NCBI RefSeq assembly: GCF_016432865.1
Contig: NC_067400.1
Coordinates: 338,396,001 to 338,460,000, forward strand
Length of the DNA: 64,000 nt
Source of the DNA: Antechinus flavipes
Taxonomy: Eukaryota
Reading direction: 5' to 3'
Under the pieces are notes generated by a model. The model was not told the DNA's origin, did no database searches, and worked only from the letters and a program-made list of their open reading frames with translations. The translations under genes were made by a program, and so were the position numbers. This document shows, piece by piece, positions 10,907-21,759 of this stretch (its first letter is position 1; each line of letters starts with the position of its first letter).

Positions 10907-13900
10907 GTATATACTGATTACATACCAAATCTGTTCTGCGTGGTTGCATTAATGGGTATGTAAAATATTAGGACCTGTAGTTTTATCCAATTGGGAAAGT
11001 CCTTTTTCTCATATCATTTAGTCCTAACTTGTGATAAAGTAAATGAGGCCAGACTTGAAGTTAAGAAAACCTGTATTCAATTCCTTGATATTAACACATT
11101 TGATGCGGGATCGGATAAAAGACTCATCTCTTTGATATGGAATAATTGATATTATTTCTTAGCCTGTATTGGGAAGCAGTGAGTCCAAGATGTTTTATAA
11201 CTGATTCAAGTCAAAGGATCTTGGTTAAAACCTGTCTCTGATACTGCCTACACAACTATGGGTAATTCATTTAATCTCTCTAGGTTTTAGTTTCCTAAAC
11301 TTTAAATGAGGATTTGGACTAGATGTCATCTAAATCTATGATTCTAGAATCCTTCTCTTCTTGGGAAGGACAAAATAAGTTAAAGTCTCATGCATTCCAT
11401 TCTCTTCCTGATTCAACCTGTTGAGCTATATCTGAGGTGAGTCTGTCTTCTACCATCAAAATTTCAGGGAATTCCCTAGAAACAAGGAAGAAGAAGAACA
11501 TGGCATTTTCTGTGAGTGGTGGTCTCATTTACATGTCCTTAATTGCTTTCATTCAGACCACCATATTTCATTGTCTCTCCTACATGACACAAGCGCATTT
11601 TTAACAAAATTTTCTGGTAATGATGCATTCATAGAATGCAAGTTCCTTGAGAGTATGAATTATTTCATCTTTATCTTTATATCCTAGATGCCTAGCACAT
11701 GACAGTACTTAATAAATATTGATTGATTGATTGATTATACAATCAAAGGGTCAACATCAGAGAAGAAGAGACATCAGAGGTCATCTACTATAATCCCTTC
11801 ATTTTACTGGAGAGGAAACTAAGCCAAAAGAAGCTAAATAATTTGTCCAAATTCACACAAGTAAAGAGAGGTAGAATATGAGCACAAGACCTCTAATCGT
11901 ACTAATTCTACTAATGTCATGCTAAGTGACTCATACTTGAAGTATACTTTCAGAACCAGAACATTCCAATAATCTCTCAAACAAAAAGAATACCTGCTAC
12001 ACATAATATTTTCAACATGCAAAGGACCTTTCACCTAGAACCACATTTGAGCTTCATAGTAACCCTCTGAGATAAATACTGAAGGTATTGTTAACCTCAT
12101 TGGCAAAATGAGGAGATTGAGTAAGGCTCAGATTTGAACACAAGTCTTCCTGACCCCTAAATATATTGTTCTGACTACTACAGAGACCACTTCCCCTAAT
12201 ACTTTCTAGGATGAAAAATGAGTGTTAAGAACAATCTTACCCTTGATCAAGATAACCACTTGACAAAATACTTCACTAACTCTCTTACCATCTACATTCA
12301 GAATTTCTGGAATTGTGTTTTCCCCTGGGAGAAAAGAATTATGCTGACTTCACAGAATGAAACTGTCTTGGATCTGTGTGTTCCCACAAGGGTCTCACAC
12401 ATAGTATACAAATGTTTAATAAAGTATTTAATAAAAGCTTTTTGGTTTTACTTTATTTCCTTCTTTCTTCCTTCTCTTTTCTTCTATATTTGCCTTGGTT
12501 CCCTCTTGATAAAATCATTGAGGGAAATTAGGGCTTCCAATGTCTTGTGAATTCAACCTTTGTAACCTCAAGAGATTTTTTTTAATCACAATATATTAAT
12601 TAATATGACTTCCCATTTTCAGATCTAGCAATATTTAATTATCCAGAAAGGACACTTAGAGCACAGAGAGGAACTCCCCAACTTATGGAAATCCACAAAT
12701 CATGGGTGCCTGTAGTATTTCAGAAGCCTCAAGAAAATGTAGCACCCTCTCCTATAGTACACATTTCCCAGACCAACCAAAAATTCTGCATAAAGGGGAT
12801 TTTTATTTCAAACTAGTTCCTAGGTACAGACTCCTTGGTATTTGCCTTAGCAGTTAAGGCAGAAGCTATCTAGGACTGAAGTATGTCTCCCTAAGGCCAG
12901 ACTGTCCATACTATATGGCAAATATTCATCAACAATCCAGAAAACTAGTAGAGTGGGCCTGTAAGGACATATTTGTTGTCAATCTAATGGTTTGTTTACA
13001 TAATTCAACTCATTAGACACTGTTAGTACACCAAGGAGCCCCTTTGTTGGTTCCAAGAACAACAATTAACCTTGGGGACTAAAGAGTAAACACAAGGAGG
13101 ATTTATCACTTTGGCAGCCTCAACAAACACAATTTTGTTGTGCTAAGGGCCCCTGCTAAAGACAGCAGCCATCTGTTAAATAAACTGTTAGGTTGGGAAC
13201 AGAGCTGCTAACTAACACCGACACAATGCTCCAACTTGATAATAACTGATGGACGTTATATTCTAAAGATAAAAGAACTTTGAGAATTACAGTGGTTTAG
13301 TTAATACTTACCATCAGAATTTATACCGCCTTATGAGAGCTCTCCTCCAGAGTAATAACCTTGAGGAGCTACAAACTTATTCCAAGGATGTTACAATTGC
13401 ATAAAAAAGTAACTCCTCTCTTGTAATTGTCTTCAGAAGCAGTTTATAAAGCACATGAGAAAATTAGCCTCTTTTTTTCCCAAAAAATCAGTATTACCTA
13501 ACTTGAATATTCAACTTAGCCACAAGACTTGATTCCAAATGTCCTTTTAATTTTCAAAGTAAAATTTATTTTGCATGCTTCACATAATTTTATTTTCAAA
13601 AAGCAAATCCACCTTCAAAGATTGTTAAGACTGTAGAAGTTCAAATGAATTGGAATGGTCATTCTCAAAATGGATGAAGAAAAATATTTTAAGCAGTGAC
13701 AGCATCCTTTGAATAAGCATGTTCAAAGCAATTGCTTTAAAGGAGTCAGAATTTATTTGATTGTATGTTATCACAAATAGAAAGACAGAAACTTGAGGCT
13801 GAGAACAAGAAGGCACCAAATGTTGCCAATAACTTTAATAAAGGCTTCCATTGATCTCTTTGGGATGCTATAGGTAGTTTATATAAGCAATGATCTTTGG

Positions 13901-14464
13901 GCTGATCATTATAATATGACTGAAGAGTTGGGTGGTTTTGATTGGCTAGTAAGAGAGCAATGTGAGCCTTTATTAAGACAAAATAATACAACTCTGTAAG
14001 TTTGGTTCCCTGGTTGCTTTTACTTATTTGTCTGAATTTGCATTTCCCTATGCTACATTTGAATTTGGGGGAAAATCATACAACGGCTGTGTTGTGAGCT
14101 GCTTTATGTCTCAGGCATGGAATATACCAGAAGTTTTGACAATAATGAATCTATGTCTCAAAGTCAATAACCGCTGTATACATGATAGCATCTTTTGAAT
14201 CTTGTCCCTATAATTTTGGACACATCTTGTTGGAGACTACAGAACTCTGATTAATAAAAGCCAGCAGCATAGACTTCACAACCCACAAACCTATAAGTCC
14301 AAAAGTCAGACCAACATTATCCATGGATTTGGTAAACAGCTATGATGCTTACTCAGCTTGTGATGTGCCAAGAATATCTCAACATATCAGCATGATGAGT
14401 GGTACCAGCATTATCTTCCCTAGCAATTCTCCTGCTACCCAAACCATACTTTGGGATCACATGT

Positions 14465-15040
14465 TCCAAATACAAAGGAAACATCCACTTGCTTTACTAA
14501 GCCATATGGAAGCTGGTCTTTTAGTCCCAACCACAAAGCTTTTCACCAAATCCAACAAGGAGGTATCTTAACTGTGGTCAAGTGAGGGTGCATTCTATAT
14601 TAGGTAATTCCTCTGAAGAAAGTATAAAATCTGGTATCTAGTAATTTTAGGATATTCTCATTAGATGTGGGATACTGCAACTGTCATCCTTACCTTCCAA
14701 TAAGAAAAATGAATGTGTATGTCTATAAATGAATTCCACTAACTAAGAGTTATCTGAAGGTAGGAGACATGTTGATGGGAATGTTTAAAAGAACTTAAAT
14801 AAGAACTTAAAGGACCACTTATGAGGGAATCCTGAGTCTAAAGATTTGTTGGCCTTAATTGATATGACAGTAGAATTGAAGGATCATCTAGAGGACAAGA
14901 AGGGACAGTCCCAAGAGCAGGAAAGCATTATAGTGACCCTGAGATGTTAGAAGATCCCATTAAGCTCATGCAGATAAGGGTCAAAGGAGACTGAAATTCC
15001 TGAAAAAAAGTGACAATTCCATGGGTCTGTACTTCTGGTT
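14465..15040 (+). pseudogene. Degenerate Ty3/gypsy (sushi-ichi class) gag: capsid domain to start of zinc knuckle
   Basis: Manual translation across frameshifts gives ordered blocks: SKYKGNIHLLY*AIWKLVF*SQPQSF (14465; cf. PEKFDGN...LYF..QP..F), *GCILY*VIPLKKV*NLVSSNFRIF (14583; gapless to LDOC1 WVVPYIEMDSPILGDYRAF with TAG read as TGG), LPIRKMNVYVY/INEFH*LRVI*R*ET (14694; cf. PEG10 [26 protein letters not shown]), MLMGMFKR/NLNKNLKDHL*GNPESKDLLALIDMTVELKDHLED (14769; cf. [40 protein letters not shown]), MQIRVKG/TEIPEKK*QFHG (14968; cf. EPMQI...LTQEEKERRRKLNLCLYCG). Reference sequences are recalled from memory. Confidence 0.75.
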
Positions 15041-15044
15041 TTAA

Positions 15045-15175
15045 CTAATGAACAAAAGTATGTGTTCACATACTATATAACATGCTAAGATTTTGGGATG
15101 CCCATAAAAAATGGAAGTTGCCCCTGCCCTTCAGAAGTTCCCATCCTAATAGGAAATAACACATAAAAAGGAATT
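15045..15175 (-). mobile_element. L2 3' end fragment between the gypsy gag and protease
   Basis: catactatataacatgctaagattttgggat...gttgcccctgcccttcagaagttcccatcctaataggaaataacacataaa resembles the antisense L2 terminus. Confidence 0.6.
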
Positions 15176-15459
15176 TGAGCCAGAGAAAGGTCTTTGGTCT
15201 AGGTAAATCAATAGCAATGTTAAGGAGAGACATAAGACTGTCCATTCCAAAAAATGAGATATTTGTTTGATTGTAGATCTTGGGACATTAGCTGGAAGTA
15301 TGGATTGCATTATACTTCTAAAAAACTAACCTAGCAGTACCAGTGGGTCTGGCATAGGGACCATAGAAGGATACCATCAGAAAGACAAGAGAGCTTTAGG
15401 ATCTGTCAGTGTGAAACTAGCCAGAAAGCTGTTTCCCATAGTATGGCTTTGATTGTTTC

Positions 15460-15720
15460 TCTTGCACAAGTGCTTCTGATGTAGAGAGCACAATAATATA
15501 GCCACCATCTGGGGAAGAAGGTCTGCCCGAGTCAGGAAAAAAGTCTTGAAGGCATGAAGCTGTTGGTAACACAATGAAAACTTTTCCTGGGAATAAAGTA
15601 GACTAAGTTGACAGAGACTATAATCATTTGAGAACTGTGAGAAATCATCCTGTTCCCAGCTTAGCAGTAAATTGGGGCATGCCCTTCTGAGAAAGAGTAT
15701 CCCAGAATAAGTTATCAGGA
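15460..15720 (+). pseudogene. Degenerate Ty3/gypsy aspartic protease remnant
   Basis: One frame from 15478 reads DVESTII*PPSGEEGLPESGKKS*RHEAVGNTMKTFPGNKVD*VDRDYNHLRTVRNHPVPSLAVNWGMPF*. It is collinear with PEG10-type protease (GIP..K....EAIDG...G.V...VDLGDH...VVLG); the catalytic DSG is decayed. Confidence 0.55.
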
Positions 15721-15879
15721 CCAAAGGGAGATCTGTCAAAGAGAGACTTATGTGGGAGGAAAACCATTCCTCTTAACTAATAGGAGTAAATCATTCAAAT
15801 TAAATAGTTTGCAGAGTTGCCAACATGGTCTTTAAAAGGGGTTGGGGTCAGGCTGCCTGAGCTCAGGCAGCAAAATTCT

Positions 15880-16545
15880 TGTCTCATGCTGGATTCCTCA
15901 CTAACTCTCACCACCTTAGCCAATATCCAAACTTTACCAAGGACCACTGATTTTACCTTTGCAACACTTCCTAAATACACCCCCCTTCTCTCTTATGATA
16001 CTGTCATTATTCTAATGGAAACTTTCATCACCTCATGCTTTGATTATTTCAATTTGTAGGTCTGCTTGCCTCAGTTTCTCCCCATCCTAATCCATCTTCT
16101 ATCCAACTACTAAAGTGAACTCTGGTCTAATCATGCCAGTCTCCTACTCAATAAACTCCAGTGGTTCCCTATTGCCTCCAGGAGCAAATACAAAATGCTC
16201 TTTTTGGTATTCAAAGCTTTTTATAACCTAGCCCCCTCTTACCTTTTCAGACAGGTCCCCTGTCTGTGGGCATTCTCTCTGCCCTCCATGCCTAAAATGT
16301 TCTCCTTCCTCCACTTCAACTACTGACCTTCCTCTAATCTCAAATAAAATCCTATCTTTTACAAGAATACTTCCCTAAGCCTTCTTAGTTCTAGTTCTTT
16401 CCTTCTCCCCTGCCCACATATATCCTGTATAAACCTTTCTTTTTATATGTGTGTTTATATGTTGTTTCCCATTAGATTGTAAACTCCTTGAGAGCAATGA
16501 CTGCCTTTTACCTTTTTTGTATCCTCAGTGCTTAACACATAATAA
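15880..16545 (+). mobile_element. L2 LINE 3' portion
   Basis: ctcaataaactccagtggttccctattgcctccaggagcaaatacaaaatgctc and terminal cccattagattgtaaactccttgagagcaatgactgcc. Confidence 0.8.
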
Positions 16546-17014
16546 GATTGGTTGCCTTAATTATAGCTCAGATTGGTATACTTCCCTTGGCTGTTCCACA
16601 AAGGTAATCTTACACTCTCTCACAGCCCCACTATAAAAATTAGAGTCTTGAGTCACCCAAGGAGCTTTTGCTTAAAAAATTAAGGACAAGGTCCCAGAAG
16701 GCTGGATTTTTTAATTCAAGATTTGGTCTGGGATTGAGAGATGTCAAGAAGAATGGAAGGTAACAATTTGTAGTTTGTCCCACATTCAACGAAAGCAGAA
16801 CTTTGAGCATAAATCAGCCTTTAAAAAGAAGAGAAAGAAAGTAAGAGTGTATTGAGATATTTGGCATGGACCTATAGTGGTGTAAACTGAAAAGGATGGC
16901 CAACCAACAACTATGTAAATCCAAGGCAACCACAGTACATGCCCTTGAGAACATATGGGAAAGCCAGATCATACCCATCGACTCTCCACTTGAGGGGAAG
17001 AGAGAAGTGGAAAT

Positions 17015-17265
17015 CTCAGAAGGTATAAGGTGTAGTTGTTTCATCATTTCAGTCATGTCTGATTTTTTATGGCCTCATTTGGGATTTTCTTGGCAAGGGT
17101 ACTAAAGAAGTTTGCCATTTCCTTCTCTAGTTCATTTTACAGAGGAGGAAACTGAGGAAAATAGGGTTAAGTGGCTTTACCCAGAGTCACACAGCTGGTA
17201 AGTATCTGAAGTATATTTGAACCTGGGAAAATGAGTCTGGCTCTCCACTACACTACCTAGCTGAC
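17015..17265 (-). mobile_element. MAR1-type CORE-SINE
   Basis: BovB-like tail (ttcagtcatgtctgatttttt...ttcttggcaa...tttgccatttccttctctag), CORE (ttttacagaggaggaaactgagg) and tRNA-like head. Confidence 0.8.
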
Positions 17266-17764
17266 CCCAGATACCATTAGAAATGAAACGATAGAAAAGC
17301 TCATATGCAAAAGCAGGAAGGAGCAACTATTACTATTAGCTTTAACAAAGATATCAGTCCCTTTCCTACTCTGTGGCTTCCCTGTAGACAGCTTATCAAA
17401 TAGAAATAACCTAGATCTCTTGGTTAGTATTCCATAAACTACTTACTCTGTGACTGTAGAGCTGTTTTCAGTAATGGCAAGGAGCAAACAAGCAATAAGA
17501 TGAAGTCTTGTGAAACAGTGCTAAAACTTTTAAAATCTAGTTACTATAGCTACTACTAGGATTTCTATATTGATATTTCCTTTAATTGTATTCATCCTTA
17601 GGGAAGGCCTTGCACATTGAGTTATGCTGTAACTTGCTTAAGACAGAAGGTACATAGTACATCAAAGAAACAGCCAATGATGACTCTATGACAGAATTCA
17701 TAACAGCTGTATGGGATCATTTATTTAGAACCAAAAAGAACATTAGAGACCAGAGAACAAACTA

Positions 17765-17978
17765 CATTCTGCAGGCCATGGCTGACTCATCCTATGTTTT
17801 TGTATACCAATGAGCTAGAAATGGTTTTCAAATTTTAAAATAAAGTTTTCAAAAAGCAATTAAACAAGAAAAATTTTATTGCATTTTAAAATGTTTTTTT
17901 AAAAAACACACATTCTTAGCTCACTGGCCATAGAAAAACAGGCAGATTTGATTCTCAGGTCACAGTTTGGAGACCACT
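17765..17978. mobile_element. MER58-like hAT MITE
   Basis: tgtttttgtataccaatgagctagaaatggttttc ... ttcttagctcactggccatagaaaaacagg internal inverted structure. Confidence 0.55.
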
Positions 17979-19278
17979 CTCTAATCTAATATTACCTTTT
18001 TGCAAATAAGTAAGAGACATGTCCATGGTCACAGTCGCAGTGAAAGTCCCAGGATTTTAACCCATACCTTCTAAAACCCATATCTAATACTCTTTCTACT
18101 TCTGAACAAAACCTTTTGAGTCCTTTCCTTTTTTCTCTTGGGCATGTCAGTGTCAGGGTAGGGCACCTTATGAGATAGCATTCACAGGACCTTGAGAAAA
18201 TCTAAGTTTTAACAAGCTTTTTAGAATATTGGGTCCATTATTTTGCAGCTACATTTCATACAGTTCACTGACCATTACAAAGTTCTGAAATAGTAGCATG
18301 AGGAAGAATTCCTGATTTAAAAAGAAATCAAGGATTTTAAAAATCATTCTCTCTAATCATACTTTCCAGTCTAGTTCACAGAGGAGATTTCTATGCTTGA
18401 AGTGTCTTGGAAGATTACAGAAAGGATGAGGGAAAGCTTACATGAGCAGTTACCTGTTTATGAGATACAAATTCTGACATCTCTCCCAAATTTTTGCCTC
18501 TCTACTGACAGTTGAAATTTTACAATTAAGATTTTATTCTTTTACTTAACACTTTGGAACCCCAGTAAAATTTAAATAGACTTGGTAGAGTCATCCCTTA
18601 AATTATTTTCAGTTGATGTGTGAGTTACAAATCCTGTCTTGGAACAATGGGGGAAGAGAAAGTAAGAGATCAAGGTGCCTATGATGGACTTTTTAAATAC
18701 AAAACTGTGGATTGATTTGTAGCAAGTATGTTCTGCTCATGTTCCCTGAGCCAGACACACTATATCTGCCTCTTCAGGTTTCTAGAAGAATCAGTTCTCT
18801 CCTCTAATCTTCAACTCAAACCCCCAATGGCTGTGTTCCTTCTATGTTTAAGTGCCAGTGACTAGTACTCTAGTTCCATTTAACTATTAGTATCAATTAC
18901 CTTTTACAAAAGTTTATTTACTTCTAAGATATAGCAAGAATAGAAGTACATTTCCCCATAATAGCTTGGAAGTACACTCTGCCTGTACAACTTGCTGTCT
19001 GAGAAGAAGACATTCAAATTTAGTCTAGTTCTGACACAACATTGGTCCCATCAAATTCATGCCAAAATATGTCATTACTGTCAGAAGAGTTCATGTCTCA
19101 GTTACTATTATCTGAGTCTGAAATGTTATTACTGAACCGTCACACAACTAGGAAATGTCTAAGTCTAGATTTGAATTCAGGCTCAACATTCTATCACCCA
19201 ACTGCCCCAGAAACTCTCCAGGAAATAGTCTTCACATAAAAATTTACAATCATGAGTGTTCTGTGCAAGCTCCAAATC

Positions 19279-19372
19279 CTACAATATTATGCAAGAAAAT
19301 AGGATGATTCAATAAACCTTGTTACAAAAAACGGTTTATTGAATCATCCTATTTTCTTGCATAATATTGTAG
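19279..19372. repeat. Perfect 40-bp inverted repeat with 14-nt spacer
   Basis: CTACAATATTATGCAAGAAAATAGGATGATTCAATAAACC (19279-19318) is the exact reverse complement of 19333-19372; spacer TTGTTACAAAAAAC. Confidence 0.97.
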
Positions 19373-19554
19373 ATCACAAGGAAAATGTTAAGCTCTGGTA
19401 TACCTTAGGTGCTTATCTTGGATACAACCTCAGACAAAGTATGTAAGTCAGCGTAGAACATCAAATGCCTTGAGAACAGGGACTGATTGATTTTTATTTT
19501 TATATTCCAGGCCCCAGCTCAATATCTCCACACATTTGGGTGGGGTGTGAGGAA

Positions 19555-19800
19555 GAGGAGAAAGGAATAATGACTTGCATCTGTGATTCCATTGGTAAAA
19601 GGAACTCAATAGAAGAAAATTCTCTCTGCCAGAGAAGCCAGGATTTTTTCCTACTTATAGTATTTGAGACACAGAGAAATTTAATGACTTGTCCAGAAAT
19701 TTAGTGACGTCACACAACTGATATATATCACAGTCAAAAACTGAACTCAGGTCTTTCTGACTTTGTGGCCAGTTCTCTGTCCAATACATCATGTAATTAC
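19555..19800 (+). mobile_element. WALLSI4-like marsupial SINE
   Basis: ccattggtaaaaggaactc...gaaaattctctctgcc...gagacacagagaaatttaatgacttgtcc...aactcaggtctttctgactttgtggccag. Confidence 0.55.
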
Positions 19801-19849
19801 TCACCAAAACAGGTGTTTAATAACTTTCTTTCTGTAAAATGAAGGGGTT

Positions 19850-20045
19850 GGACTAGCAACTAGGTATGTGCAATGTACATAATGGTCAAGTCAACAAGAA
19901 CCGAGTTCAAATTTGATTTCTAATATTTACTAGCTGTGTTACCTTAGACAAGTCACTTACCTCAGTTTCTTCAATTGTAAAAAATGGAGACAATGATAAC
20001 ATCTACCTCCTAGGGTTGCCATAAGGATCAAATGAGTTAATATTT
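19850..20045 (+). mobile_element. MIR-family SINE
   Basis: gagttcaaat...ctagctgtgttaccttagacaagtcactt...ctcagtttcttcaattgtaaa core. Confidence 0.75.
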
Positions 20046-20049
20046 TGCA

Positions 20050-20665
20050 AACCACTGATAATGAGATTGATAAATGCATTGCCAGAGCTAGCTCAGTTTT
20101 GGGGAGGCTCTGAAGGAAAGTGTGGGAGAGGAGAGGATTAGACTGACTACCAAACTAAAGGTCTAGAGAGCCATTGTGCTGATCTCATTGTTTTATGCTT
20201 GTGAAACCTAGAGGGTCTACCAGTGCCATCCTAAGAAACTGAATCTCTTCCATTTGAATTATCTTAGAAGGATCCTGAAGATCACCCAGCAGGATAAAAT
20301 AACAGACACTCAAAGCCAAGCATCTGCAGAGAGTGCAGCTCTGTTGGGCTGGTCACATTGTTCGAATTCCTATTGCACACTTGCCAAAAAGATTATTTTA
20401 TGGAGAATTCACACAAGGCAAGCACCCAAAAGGTGGTCAGAAAAAGTGATATAAGGATATTTTCAAGGTTATCTCTTAAGAATTTTAGAATTGATTGTAT
20501 AACATGGGAGACACTGGCACAGAACTGTCCAGCATGGCGTGCCCTCATCAGAGAAGGTGCTGTGCTCTATGAGCAAAACAGAATTGAATTAGCTCAGCCA
20601 CACTAACTCAAATCTAACATAGTTATATCATTTTGGTTCTTTTCAAAAACAAAGGACAACAACCA
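20050..20665 (+). mobile_element. RTE LINE, C-terminal ORF remnant and tail
   Basis: Degenerate reading DNEIDK(R)IARASSVLGRL(R)RKVWERRGIRLTTKLKV(Y)RAIVL...RRILKIT..QDKI, then gccctcatcagagaaggtgctgtgctctatgagcaaa and a caa-repeat tail. Confidence 0.9.
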
Positions 20666-20674
20666 AGAACCAAC

Positions 20675-20700
20675 TATTATTATTATTATTATTATTATTA
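20675..20700. repeat. (TAT)n microsatellite
   Basis: Directly visible at the RTE tail. Confidence 0.95.
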
Positions 20701-21759
20701 CTGTATTATCTCTAAGGTCTCTTTCTATTCTAAATCCCACGATCCCAAATATCAAAAGGAAATAAAAGCAATTAGAATAATCTATAAAAAGAAAATAATT
20801 GTAAAAATGGAGAAATTCCAGCAAATGCTTTAAAGTGACCCAGCCTTCAAGAATTCTTGCAGAATTCTCCATTTCTCTCAATGATATTCAGAATGGTAGT
20901 TCATCATAATATGGAATTGTGAGTCTTAGAGTTAAATGTTGAACTGGTTGAGGCAGAACTGCACGGCAGCTTAACTTCATCAGAGAAATATGAGGCATTG
21001 ACCTGAAATTAACTCCAAAAGTCAAACTTTTTTCCCTGGGTATTCCTGATGCTTTCCAGATATTTCCTGATGCATGTGGATGTCAGGACCCCATTAGGAA
21101 TGTGATGGGCCCCCTTAGCTGTTGCAGAAAGAAAGCAGGTGACTCAAGTTATGTTTCCAGAAGACACTGGGGGCTAGATACATTTCTCCTTCAATAACAG
21201 ATTTCTAATGATTTCTGCTAAAGTCAAAATACATAAAGCTAACAACAAAAACAAACAGAAACCAAGTACACATTTCATTACTAAATGGTAATGGAGATTT
21301 AGAATTGCAAAGGACCTTAAAAAAAAGATCACTTTAAAAATAAGAAATATGATGGCTAAAGAGACTTAACATTTTGAATTTCCCAAAGAAACGAAGGTGG
21401 GTAAGTTGCAGAGTGAGAATCCAAAGATAGGTCCTCTGATTTCACTACACCAGCCTGCCTTTCAAGGCTAGGTAATGTAAAACTCAGCCTAATTGTAGAT
21501 GATCCCTATAATTAAGAAGGGGGGGAAAGCAATTATTCTTTAGAGAAGAAAGCTGGGGATTGACATTCACCCTGAGTAGTAAATGACAGATATCAGATTC
21601 TTTTCTAAGGAGTACGTTTTGAAAGAAGGAGTAAAGAGGATACTCAATATCTAAGAACACAGGCAAGGGAGGTTAAAGATAGGGGAAAGGGGGAAATATG
21701 TTCAAGTAGAGTATTGTGATAGTCACACTGTATTATATAGCTTTATGATTATAATAATC

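Noticed and set aside
10590-10949. 119-aa minus-strand ORF
   Set aside because: Produced by the low-complexity purine tract (S/F/L/P-rich).
14190-14470. Minus-strand reading LEHVIPKYGLGSRRIAREDNAG resembling a retroviral integrase core (LEEIFPRFG...DNG)
   Set aside because: Only a 10-residue block aligns well, the catalytic ERxNxTLK motif is absent, and it abuts the much better supported + strand gag. Probably coincidental, but should be included in the BLASTX check.
14465-15720. Assigning the gene symbol SIRH12, PEG10 or RTL1
   Set aside because: No flanking gene in the window establishes synteny and the sequence is heavily degenerate; only family-level similarity is supportable.
15377-15739. 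120-aa minus-strand ORF
   Set aside because: It is the antisense shadow of the protease remnant, begins at a non-ATG codon and has no recognisable domain.
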